In this document: positions 39,501 to 49,535 of the stretch, piece after piece | Numbering within the stretch: position 1 is the stretch's first letter | How the letters are laid out: each line of letters opens with the position of its first letter | From: Eledone cirrhosa | Lineage: Eukaryota | NCBI GenBank assembly: GCA_964016885.1 | Contig: OZ024743.1 | Span: forward strand, 17,670,001-17,734,000 | Length of the DNA stretch: 64,000 nt | Direction of reading: 5' to 3' | Notes under the pieces: generated by a model | Database searches by the model: none | Told to the model about the DNA's origin: nothing | What the model saw: the letters and a program-made list of their open reading frames with translations, nothing else | Made by a program: the position numbers and the translations under genes

Positions 39501-40897
39501 ATTATTTGCTTCAGCATTTAGATCATTGTCTGCTTCGTATGCTTCCACGGTTCTCTCACGTCTTCACCTTCATCTCCCACTGGCTCGTTTGCTTGGCATA
39601 CCCCACTCTTCATTTCCAAGCTAATCTCTCTGCTCAGTTCCTCCAGTTCCAGCTCGCTTATCCACCCATTAGTTCTTATTACCCGAGCCTGCCCGGCCAA
39701 TTTTTGTTCATCTAATTTAAATAGACCAATCTCGTCCCAGATGCTATGCATCCGATCCTATAGCCTTTTTCCTTGGGGTTACTCTTCAGGTAAGATTGCA
39801 TAACAGTTCTATTCAATTCTTTTGTCAAGTTGGTTCTGGTCCCTTTCCTACCTCTTCCTCCAACACCAGCAGTACTTGGATGACAGCCAGGTCCCTGCTG
39901 CTGGGCCAGGGAGCACCTGTTGGGTGAGAGTCTGTCACATGACATTCCAGTCTCCACTTCACCGTTATTCGAACAGTTTAGGTTCGACATTTAAACACTC
40001 TTATCGAGGATTGGTGAATGCATGGTTATATAACAACCGGTGACTTCATCACCCCCATTGATTTGATCACCCCCGGTGATTTTAGCGTGGCCCTATCTCG
40101 CTGTAGACGAACATAAATAAATAAAGAAACAAATAGGTAAACACCTAAAACAAGTATCATAAGTTTTATTGTAATGTAATGTTTGAATGTCTGACTTAGT
40201 TTTATTTTTGTTTGTTTGTTTTTTTATTTTTTATTTTCTTTACGTATTTCGTTGCTGCTCTGCTGTTTTGATTTGGATTTTTGATTTTTTGATTTTTGGA
40301 CCGGGTCATCAAATCAGTCTATTTATATCTTTTGATACCTTCCTCACTTAGTGGGAATACTACGATCCCTCTGTCTTAGCAGGAGGTAGTGCGAGAGAAT
40401 AGCGGCGGTAGCGATAATGAGGCAGTGGTGGCGATGGTGATGTGCTAGTAGTACTTAGCAGGAGGTAGTGTGAGAGAATAGCGGCGGCAGCGATAATGAG
40501 GCGCTGGTGGAGGTGGTGATGTGATCGTAGTACTGTAGTGATGGTGTTGAAGTTGAAGTAGAAATAGAAGTTGAAGTAACTTCGCTAGATTTTTGTTGGT
40601 GTGGTAGGGGTGATGGTGGCGGTGGTGGTGTTGGTGGTTAAATTAATTGCCTGTCTGTCCATGTAGCTATTTTCCTCTTTTTTGACTCTAACATTTCTTA
40701 TCCAAAATTAAATATTAAATATTTGGGTCCTATGCCATAATGTGATGCGTTGTCGCATGCTGAGAGGTTAAAACTGTAATCATATCTTTCATTTGTACTA
40801 ACAATTATTTTATCACAGTTGTTTTAAATATCTAAAATCAAAAACTTACGGGAGCGATTCCATAACGATATATTCACCATGTGCGTTTTCTTTCCTT
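36594..40897 (-). mobile_element. Full-length R4/Dong-type element, diverged family A relative, degenerate
   Basis: (ATT)n on both sides; ORF pieces from 39990 to 36668 ([48 protein letters not shown]); 5' end resembles 1380-1433. Confidence 0.92.
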
Positions 40898-40924
40898 ATT
40901 ATTATTATTATTATTATTATTATT

Positions 40925-42179
40925 GTTCTTTGAGTCTCAGTCATTGATGTTAATTAACTGGAAAGTTTGTTGAAATTAATATCAAGTCACTACCTGCAGC
41001 CTCAGATATTCAGGACGTATCGGAGGGATTTTGCTGTTCCCAGCAAACATGCCTTTTGAAGCGTTCCAAAAATCGTGAAGGGGCCAATTTTCTTTAAACA
41101 TCACTGGAAACCTTTTGAGATAGTACCTAGTGCACCCATGACAATCGGGACCACTTTGACTTCATGGCAGTTCCAAATCCTTTTTATCTCCCACTTTATG
41201 TCCTGGTATCGGTTAATTTTCTCCCTCTCCTTCTCTTGCACTCTCAAGTCGAATGGGCAGGCTATATCCACAATCAGGCACGATATTTTCCCTTTGTCCA
41301 AAACCACCAGGTCAGGTTTATTGTGTTCCAGTTTCCTGTCTGTCTGGATCCTAAAATCCCACAGCACCTTCACCTGATCGTTTTCTATCACCGACTCTGG
41401 CTTATGTTCATACCACTTCTCAGAATGTGGTAAATTGTTTACTTTGCATAGGTGCCAGTGGTCGCCCTGCCCATCACATCATGTCTCCAGACTTTATAGT
41501 GAGTCTGGGCTAGGTGTTTACACTCGGATACAATGTGAGCCACAGTCTCCTCTCTCTCTCCACATATCCTGCACAGTGGGCTAGCCTCCTCCTTGTAAAT
41601 ATGGTGCTTCAACCACTTCGTTTTGAGGGCCTGCTCCTGCGCAGCCATTATCATTCCTTCTGTAGCCTTTTTGAGGTCTCCTCTTCTCAACCAGTTCCAT
41701 GTCTGTGGATCTCTAAATTCAGTTTTCTCAAAGAAGGTACTATGAAGGGATTTTCCCTTAAGGCTGCTCTTCCTCCTTGATGTTATTTCCTCCTTGGACA
41801 TCCCCTGGCCTACTGTCCCCTCCTTCAGTACAGTTTTGAGCATTGGCTCCTTACTATAGGTCACGTATTTGTATAGGTTGTTTTTCTCCATCTGAACACA
41901 GTCCTCTATGCTGATAAGACCTCTTCCACCCTCAGATCTCCTTAGTTAGAGTCTATCGACATCACTCCTCTTGTGGAACATGTTGTAGATAGTCAATAGC
42001 TTCCTAGTCTTCCTATCCATTTCTTTTTGTTCAGCAACATTCCATCTCAAATTCCCGCACTGTACCTAATAATAGACACAGCTCGGGAATTTACTGCGCT
42101 TATGGCATTTCTGCTGTTCAGATGTGACTTCAATACGCTCCTTACTCTCCGAATGTATTCAGTTCTTAACAATTCCTTC

Positions 42180-42180
<1 letters not shown>
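40925..42180 (-). mobile_element. Dong family A 3' fragment (5' truncated)
   Basis: Zinc finger and RLE ORFs 41439-41891 and 41101-41391; (ATT)n flanks. Confidence 0.93.
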
Positions 42181-42234
<54 letters not shown>

Positions 42235-42236
<2 letters not shown>

Positions 42237-43016
42237 AGTTGCATTTATCTTGCTTTATGTTCATACGAGTTATCACCAAGTCACAACCAGTGACCTCAAG
42301 AGACAACAAGGTCCGCCATGTTCAAGAAAGAACATACTTACTCACACATGCATCCTTAGTGTTTAGACTTGTGATCTACTTATATTGACATAATCTTCCT
42401 TACTATATGGGCAGTTCCCATTAATACTATCTTTTGTATTTCTCCTATATGCGGGTTTCCTGGGATTTGCGACAAGTAATCATTAGACCCCTTAGGTACA
42501 TTCCTAGAGCGCCTACAACCACTGGTATTGTTTTAGTTCTCAATTTCCACATTTTTCCAATTTCTGTCTCCAGGTCCTTATACTTGCTCAATTTTTCAAA
42601 TGTTTTTATACAACATTCTTCTCTATTTGAACCGACATATCAATTAGCAGGCATACCCTCTTTTTAAAGTCCTTCAGTATTATATCAGGTCTATTTGCAT
42701 CTATTTGTCGGTCTGTTTGCATGTTAAAGTTCCACAAGATTGAGATGTGATCTTTTTCAAGTATGAGAGGTGGGTGATGTTTCCACCAATTCTTTTGATG
42801 TGGCAGGTCAAAATGCTTACACATTATCCAATGTATGTAATGTGCAGCTCTGTCATGCCTGTTTAGGTATTCGGTTGGAGCTATAGGACTGCACATTGAA
42901 ATTATATGGCCAATGGTCTCTGGTTGTTTTTTACATACACGGCATAATGGGCTTCATACGTTTTTTTATTATGTTGGCTTGGTAATATTTTGTTGGCAGA
43001 CACTGATCCTGTGCTG
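42235..43016 (-). mobile_element. Dong family B 3' fragment (5' truncated)
   Basis: RHD...RPDIIL ORF 42606-42896; same 3'UTR as at 24640; (ATT)n flanks. Confidence 0.93.
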
Positions 43017-43039
43017 TTATTATTATTATTATTATTATT

Positions 43040-43493
43040 ACAGCTACATTTATCTTGCTTTATGTTCATACGAGTTATGACCAAGTCACAACCAGTGACC
43101 TCAAGAGACAACAAGGTCCGCCATGTTCAAGAAAGAACATACATACTCACACATGCATCTTTAGTGTTTAGACTTGTGATGTACTTATATTGACATATTC
43201 TTCCTTAGTATATGGGCAGTTCCCATTAGTACTATATTTTGTATTTCTCCTATACGCGGGTTTCCTGGGATTTGCGATAAGTGAACATTAGACCCCTTAG
43301 CTATCATTCCTAGAGCGCCTACAACCACTGGCATTGTTTTAGTTCTCAATTTCCATATTTTTCCAATTTCTATCTCCAGGTCCTTATACTTGCGCAATTT
43401 TTCAAATGTTTTTATAGATACATTGTTGTCTATTGGAACAGACATATCAATTAACAGGCATACCCTCTTTTTAAAGTCCTTCAATATTATATC
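43040..43493 (-). mobile_element. Dong family B short 3' fragment
   Basis: RLE C-terminus ORF 43185-43523; (ATT)n flanks. Confidence 0.93.
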
Positions 43494-43730
43494 ATTATTA
43501 TTATTATTATTATTGAATGCCATGGTTGACGGAGGCTCGGCTCTGTAAGGTATAGTAATTTTTAACCGTTAAAACAATTGTAAATTGTTTAAAACTTGAA
43601 CCAAATTGTTGATAAAGATACCCTCCTCCTCGTGAGAGGGGTCTTTCTGTCCGTTATTTGGCCCTTCGGGGTTAAATAACCAGTTATTGGGGTTTTGTAC
43701 CCAAAATTTCATTTTAAACAAAAAAACAAC

Positions 43731-45812
43731 ATGGCTACGAAAAAGAAATTTCATACGTCACTCCCACTCATTCCGTCTTCTTCTTCCTCAATCATCACTA
43801 CAGCAGAGAGAAGATTGTCTCTCTCCCTCCCTTCTTTAAATGTGTCTCTCTCCCTCCCTTCTCTTTCGCAAGCGACGAAAGAAAAGAAAAGTCTCGTGCA
43901 AAGCGTGCAAGGTTTCTCCACGACGACGACGACAGCGACGAAACAGGTGTGCGGGAAATACGAAAACCCAGTTCATTCGTCTGACGTCAGGAATAATAGC
44001 AGTAGCAGCCGTAATAACAACAGCAACAGTGACAATGAAAACAACAGTAGCAGCCGCAACAGCATCACCAGCAGCATAAACAACAACAGCATTAGCAGCA
44101 GCAACACCAACAACAACCACAGCAACAGCGGCGGAGGCAGTAGTCGTAGTACCTGCAGCAACAACAAAAGTACCAGCAGCTCTGACGACAACAACAACAG
44201 CAGAGAAAAACCAATCTCATTTGCAGGTATTGCGAAAAACTTGGAAACAATCCTCATAACAAATGAGGAATTAGAGGAAGCGAAGAAGATGGTGACAAAG
44301 AACGGACACTGAGCAATCTGCAAGGCAGCGGAAAAATTTTTCGAAACCCAAGAGCACTGTACGGTCACGTACCGTACAGTAAGTACAAAATCCCGTAGGG
44401 TGGAAAGAGCCACAGAGGCCCAAATACAAAAAGCCTTGGGGTCTGTGTGGCAGCGGAAAACGCACATCACCCGAGGCAAAAAATATGCCACCGTAGACGT
44501 ACTTTTTGCCACACCCCAGGAGGCAAAGGCCCAATCAGTAGTGACCCTAAGGAGCGAGGAAATGGTGTTGGTGCCCTCCTACTGTGGGCAAAAAATTGTG
44601 AGGGTCAAACTGACCCACGTCCCCCCCGGAATGACCCCTTCTTGGCTGGCCGCGTCTGTCCTCGTCGGAATCGAGGACAAAACAACTGTACTGCAAGTAC
44701 AGAAAAAAGTAAGAGAAGATTGGGTCGGCTCCTCCATTGAGATGCTAATCCAAACCAACCAGGAGTGCATCGAAGCTATCCCGGATGTGATAGACTTCGA
44801 TAACGGCACTCAACTGCCCATAAGTGTTGAGGGCAAACGCCCGAAATGCTTTCGCTGTGGATCGAAGACTCACCTCAGGGCCTTCTGCAATGAGAAGACC
44901 CTGAGAAAGGAGAAAACCCCCCTCCTTCCGAATCCGGCTCCACGGCTACCAGCAACAGGACAAGCGGCAACCAGGAAAGATAGGCCCGTGGCACCCATAC
45001 CCACTCCACGGAAATCAAAAACAGCAGCAGCAGTGGAAATACTAACAACAACAACAGCAATACCAAATGCAGCTGCAACAGAGACTCCAGTGCAAACATC
45101 ACCAACAACAACAAGTGAAAGAGTGGAGCTGGTACCCCTCCCCGACCTCACAGAATCAGAGATGGAGTGTGAGGTGGGAGAGAGATGGCAAAAGGTCGTA
45201 AGAAGGCACAAACGCAGAAGCAGCGCATCGTCGCCTTTGAAAAGGGAGGAAAGAAATGAGAAAAGGGTAAAGTCTACTGCAAAGAGACCCACAGCAGCAA
45301 CAACACCAACACCATCACCACCCACACTAGCACCACCATCACCACCGCCAACAACACCTTTAACACCACCACCACAAGCACCAACATCGCAAACACAACA
45401 ACAAAACACACACACCCAGCAACAACGACAAGAAAATAGCAGAACCACACCCCACCCCCAGAAAAACAAATGCACGGCAATAAACACACACAACAAGAAA
45501 CTAATGACTTACATAATTGAACACACAGACATTTCACAACAGGACTACATAATACCAGCACCAATCAAAACGCCAACTAACATAAGACTGCTAAAAATAG
45601 CACAGAAACAATACACAAACATTAAAACGAAATTCCCCAACGCAGTTGGTGATTTCAGGGACCTAGGAGGAACCATCAATCGAAGAGTATATTCAGACAT
45701 TCTCTTAGAAGAGCCGACGACCAGCCGAAGGGACGATTCAACGGTCCCTTCACCAGACGATCAAGTGAAAAGGGATGTAAAAACCATCCCTCCTCTACCA
45801 AAAGTACGGTAA
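43731..45812 (+). pseudogene. Tx1 ORF1 (~693 codons) with a single in-frame TGA at 44310-44312
   Basis: ORFs 43695-44312 and 44400-45812 are in the same frame; CFRCGSKTHLRAFC knuckle; TGA sits where the 1694 copy has Arg (probable CGA>TGA). Confidence 0.85.
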
Positions 45813-45847
45813 GTGGTCTTTCCCATCTTTTCCACTCTATTTTAAAC

Positions 45848-48800
45848 ATGACCTCACTCAGAATAGGCAGCATAAATGCGCGTGGCTTGGGGTCGTCATG
45901 GAAGCAGGGTCACCTGCTCAACGACCTCAGGTCACTAAACATAGATGTAGTGGCCATCAGCGAGACCAGAATCTCCGAAGCACGGGCCTTCGCACCAATC
46001 TTCGGCGGCTACGATGTGTACGCATCTCCCAGCCGTCCTGGATCGGGTGGAGGAGTTGCTGTGCTTTTTCGGAGAGGTTTGGATCTCGCCATACGGGCCA
46101 TCTTCCTGGACCCAGAGGGTAAGCTGGTGGTGCTGGACGTGACCAGCGGAGACGGGCAAGCTTTCAGGCTAGTGGCCGTCTATGCCCCGACAGGAGCAGG
46201 GCGGCCTGATTTCTTCCGGCGTCTGGAGACCTTTCTTGGAACGTCCCGCTCTTTAGTGTTAGTGGGCGACTGGAACGGGATCTTAGATGCACGCTGGGAC
46301 TGTGTGGGATTAGCGGATAGGGGTGGAGGGTGCAAGAGCCTCACCAACCTGCTCAGGCGTTTTGAAATGTCTGACAGGTACCGATTGGATTTCCCGAATG
46401 TGCCAATGTGGACTTGGACAAACCGCATAGGGTCATCCAGATCATATCTAGATAGAGTATTTTGTAGGGAAATAGATAGGTCTAGCATAGGCTGTCCACA
46501 ATTCAAGATAGTCAGCTACACGGACCACAAATTCGTGACCTGTGTGCTTGACTTAGATAGGCTTCATAGACGAGGACCCGGCTACTGGAAGCTAAACGCG
46601 TCCTTACCAGCGCGCAAGGCCTACAGAGACCGGATTAGCGAACTAGTTAAGCGGGCGTTGACGGGGGCCATCGTCAACAACAAGTGGTGGTTTGCTCTGA
46701 AAAGAGCGATTAGAATAGAATCGATTAGGTTTAGTAAGGCTTTAGCAATAGAGAAAAATAGAGCAGAGGGAGAACTAGTTAGAAAATTAGACGAGGCGCT
46801 TAGCAAAGGCATTGCGACCGACGTGCTTGCGGCGAAATTGGCCCTTGACCAATTCTTCAATGCAAAGCACGAAGGCTGCGTTGTCAGAGCTACGGTGCGT
46901 GCTCTCAGACACGAGGGGACGAAAGCCGTTCAATGGGCCCGAGTGGCGGAGGCGCGTCGTGGCAACAAAGCCACGATCCGGTCTTTGGTGGACCACGACG
47001 GGCGCATGCTACTCGATCCCGGGCAAATGTGTGAAGCTTTTCAGCGACACTTCGCTCAGCTGTTCGGGGGCAGCGGGGGGCCGGGTAGAGGGATGGACTT
47101 TAGTGTCTACCTCGACGGACTGCCGCGGCTCTCGGCCACTGAGGCGAGGTGTTGCGAAAAGCCGATAACAGCCGCTGAAGTACGGGAGGCAATGACTGGC
47201 TGCACAAGGGGTAAATCGCCTGGTTTGGATGGTCTGCCCTATGAACTTTACGTACAGATGCCAGACTTGTTCGGAGGCCTCTTGGCGGACGTCTACTGCA
47301 ACTGGCAACAGAACGGGAGAATTCCCAGTTCTGTGAGCCGAGGAGCGGTGGCACTGCTGAGAAAGGATCCGAACAAGGGGGATAACATAGACAATTTCCG
47401 GCCCATAACTCTGCTAAACACAGAGTTTAAGATTTTGGCCAAGGTGCTAGCAAAGAGGTTGGCGCTTGTCGTTGGTGGTCTGGTGGGAGAGGCGCAGACA
47501 TGCGCCATTCCCGACAGATCCATCCACGACAACCTCCACCTCATGCGATACATCGTAGAGAGGGTAGCTAGGGAACCTGGCACGGGTGGGTCCTTGATCA
47601 ATTTAGATCAGTCGAAAGCTTTCGATAGGGTCGACCATCGTTACCTAGCGGCAGTCCTGAGGGCGGCTGGCTTTGGGCCCGTCTTCAGAGGCTGGATCGC
47701 TGCCATGCACAGCGACATCTGCTCTGTGGTGAGAGTGAACGGTCACCTGTCGGAACCGTTCAACATCATGCGCTCGGTCCGCCAAGGATGTCCCCTCTCG
47801 TCCCTCTTGTACGTATTGACTCTCGAGCCATTACTGCACAAACTGGAGACGTTGAGGGGAGTCCCGCGCGAACTAGGATGCGGAAGATCAGTGTCAGCAT
47901 ATGCGGACGATGTCACCGTAGTGGTGTCGAACGCCAAACACATCGAGGCGATCGGCACTACACTAAGAGAATACGAAGCGGTGACAGGAGCAATGATCAA
48001 CCAGGAAAAGTCAGTGGGACTGCAGCTCGGCACCTGGAGAGGCAGGTCCATGCCGTCCAACAGCGTCGTCGGGCGCTGGACGGACGGACCGGTTAAATTG
48101 CTAGGGGTCTGGTTCGGTCCGGACCTCCAGATGGACAAAAACTGGGACGAGGTGACGAGCAGGGTGGCTTCTCTCACCCAGAAATGGGCGGAGAGGAAGC
48201 TATCCCTGAAAGGTCGAGCGGAGGTGGCTAACGCGTACATCGCGTCTGTCATCTGCTACCGCCTAACCGTCGTACCTTGTCCTAAGCCTCGCCTGACTGC
48301 GCTGGAGCGTTTGCTCTTTCGCTTTTTGTGGAAGGGACGTGCTCCGATGGTCAGGCGGTCCATCTGTTGTCAACACCCGCTACGTGGAGGGCTGGGCATG
48401 CCGTGGCTGATGATGCGCAGGCACGCGCTCAGGCTACGACATCTCCACCTCTTCCTCGACGGTGATCAGGTGTGGTCGCCGTTTGCTAGACGCGTTTTTC
48501 CCCAGCTCGTTTCCTTGACGGAGCTGCAGTCCTGGGTCAAGCGAAGACCGAGAGGGAGCGCCTGGAGACTGGAATGTCTTCAGGCGCTCACAGCCCTCGA
48601 CCAATCGGGCAATGTGATCGGTGGAAACTCCACCTCGGCGTTCTATAGAGGATTAGTGGAGGGGAAGAGCGACGACGTACTTGGGGAAACTCTAGGCGTC
48701 GACGAAAATCAACTAGCCAATCTCTTCGGAAGAACTTTCGGGCCAGGGCCTATGGACAACTTCCAGAAATCTCTGGCCTGGCAGTGCTACCGAGGAGCCT

Positions 48801-49267
48801 TGCCAGTTCGGGATAAACTCTACAGGCATGGAGGTGCCGTCAGCCGGGCATGTCCGAGATGCGCGCAGGGCGACGAAACCGTCCTGCACGCACTCGTCCA
48901 GTGTCCGAAAATTGCTGAATTGTGGGTTTATGTCGAACACCTCCTGTCGCGTTTAGGACGGATCCAGCTATCATCTGAGTCTATCGTGAGGATTGCCCCG
49001 CCCTCCTCCTTTAACCGGGAAGGGCAGGCAGTTTTTATCTGTCTGGTGGCCATGGCGAAAGAGATAGTATGGTGGACACGTTTGAAAGGGCTGAAGACGA
49101 GCACTTACCTCTTCGGTGATGCTCTGATTGACTTTTTCAAATTTCATTTGAAAAGGAAAATCAGAGTAGAGAAGGAAGTGCTCTCTTCCCAGCATTTTGT
49201 TGAAAGATGGGTGAGAGAAGCAAGAATGGCCCGAGTGGATGGGCCGACTCTGAGTATATATCTGTAA
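45848..49267 (+). CDS. Tx1/L1-clade ORF2: AP-like endonuclease, reverse transcriptase and C-terminal CCHC (1139 aa, intact)
   Basis: INARG, ISET, GDWN, LDRV, TDH; SPGLDG, KAFDRV, QGCPLS, YADD; CPRC...HALVQC. Confidence 0.97.
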   Translation: MTSLRIGSINARGLGSSWKQGHLLNDLRSLNIDVVAISETRISEARAFAPIFGGYDVYASPSRPGSGGGVAVLFRRGLDLAIRAIFLDPEGKLVVLDVTSGDGQAFRLVAVYAPTGAGRPDFFRRLETFLGTSRSLVLVGDWNGILDARWDCVGLADRGGGCKSLTNLLRRFEMSDRYRLDFPNVPMWTWTNRIGSSRSYLDRVFCREIDRSSIGCPQFKIVSYTDHKFVTCVLDLDRLHRRGPGYWKLNASLPARKAYRDRISELVKRALTGAIVNNKWWFALKRAIRIESIRFSKALAIEKNRAEGELVRKLDEALSKGIATDVLAAKLALDQFFNAKHEGCVVRATVRALRHEGTKAVQWARVAEARRGNKATIRSLVDHDGRMLLDPGQMCEAFQRHFAQLFGGSGGPGRGMDFSVYLDGLPRLSATEARCCEKPITAAEVREAMTGCTRGKSPGLDGLPYELYVQMPDLFGGLLADVYCNWQQNGRIPSSVSRGAVALLRKDPNKGDNIDNFRPITLLNTEFKILAKVLAKRLALVVGGLVGEAQTCAIPDRSIHDNLHLMRYIVERVAREPGTGGSLINLDQSKAFDRVDHRYLAAVLRAAGFGPVFRGWIAAMHSDICSVVRVNGHLSEPFNIMRSVRQGCPLSSLLYVLTLEPLLHKLETLRGVPRELGCGRSVSAYADDVTVVVSNAKHIEAIGTTLREYEAVTGAMINQEKSVGLQLGTWRGRSMPSNSVVGRWTDGPVKLLGVWFGPDLQMDKNWDEVTSRVASLTQKWAERKLSLKGRAEVANAYIASVICYRLTVVPCPKPRLTALERLLFRFLWKGRAPMVRRSICCQHPLRGGLGMPWLMMRRHALRLRHLHLFLDGDQVWSPFARRVFPQLVSLTELQSWVKRRPRGSAWRLECLQALTALDQSGNVIGGNSTSAFYRGLVEGKSDDVLGETLGVDENQLANLFGRTFGPGPMDNFQKSLAWQCYRGALPVRDKLYRHGGAVSRACPRCAQGDETVLHALVQCPKIAELWVYVEHLLSRLGRIQLSSESIVRIAPPSSFNREGQAVFICLVAMAKEIVWWTRLKGLKTSTYLFGDALIDFFKFHLKRKIRVEKEVLSSQHFVERWVREARMARVDGPTLSIYL

Positions 49268-49535
49268 ACTAAAGGTGGAAAACTGGGAGAGGGCACTTGC
49301 CTTGGTGGTCAGGGTCATTGTGGCTTTTTACTGGGCTTTCTCCACAAATGTCCCTCCGAAGTCTCCCCCCTATTGGGGAATTTTTCATTGTTATTTTCAT
49401 TGTTATTTTTGTTACATCCTCTGTTTTTGTTTTTTTACACGCAGAAATGCCCATTTGTACCGTCCTGCATTGTCCTGCACTGTCCTTAATGTCTACTTTA
49501 TGTAAACCCTTGTGGTTAATAAAGAAATCATTATT

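Larger units (their letters stand above)
43515..49529 (+). mobile_element. Full-length young Tx1-clade LINE (5' type 'gaatgccatgg')
   Basis: Starts after (ATT)n; 5'UTR, ORF1, intact ORF2, 3'UTR with AATAAA and ATTATT. Confidence 0.97.

Noticed and set aside
44300-44320. Programmed readthrough or frameshift in ORF1 (disruptions near the same position at ~31425, 44310 and ~62951)
   Set aside because: The lesions differ in kind (CGA>TGA, TAC>TAG, opposite-sign indels in a C run) and the 1694 copy is open there, so mutation or homopolymer error is the simpler explanation
43973-45496. Long antisense ORFs opposite Tx1 ORF1 (also 2755-3282, 31991-32437, 63291-63983)
   Set aside because: Stop-poor shadows of CAC/AAC/AGC-rich low-complexity coding sequence; no conserved motifs
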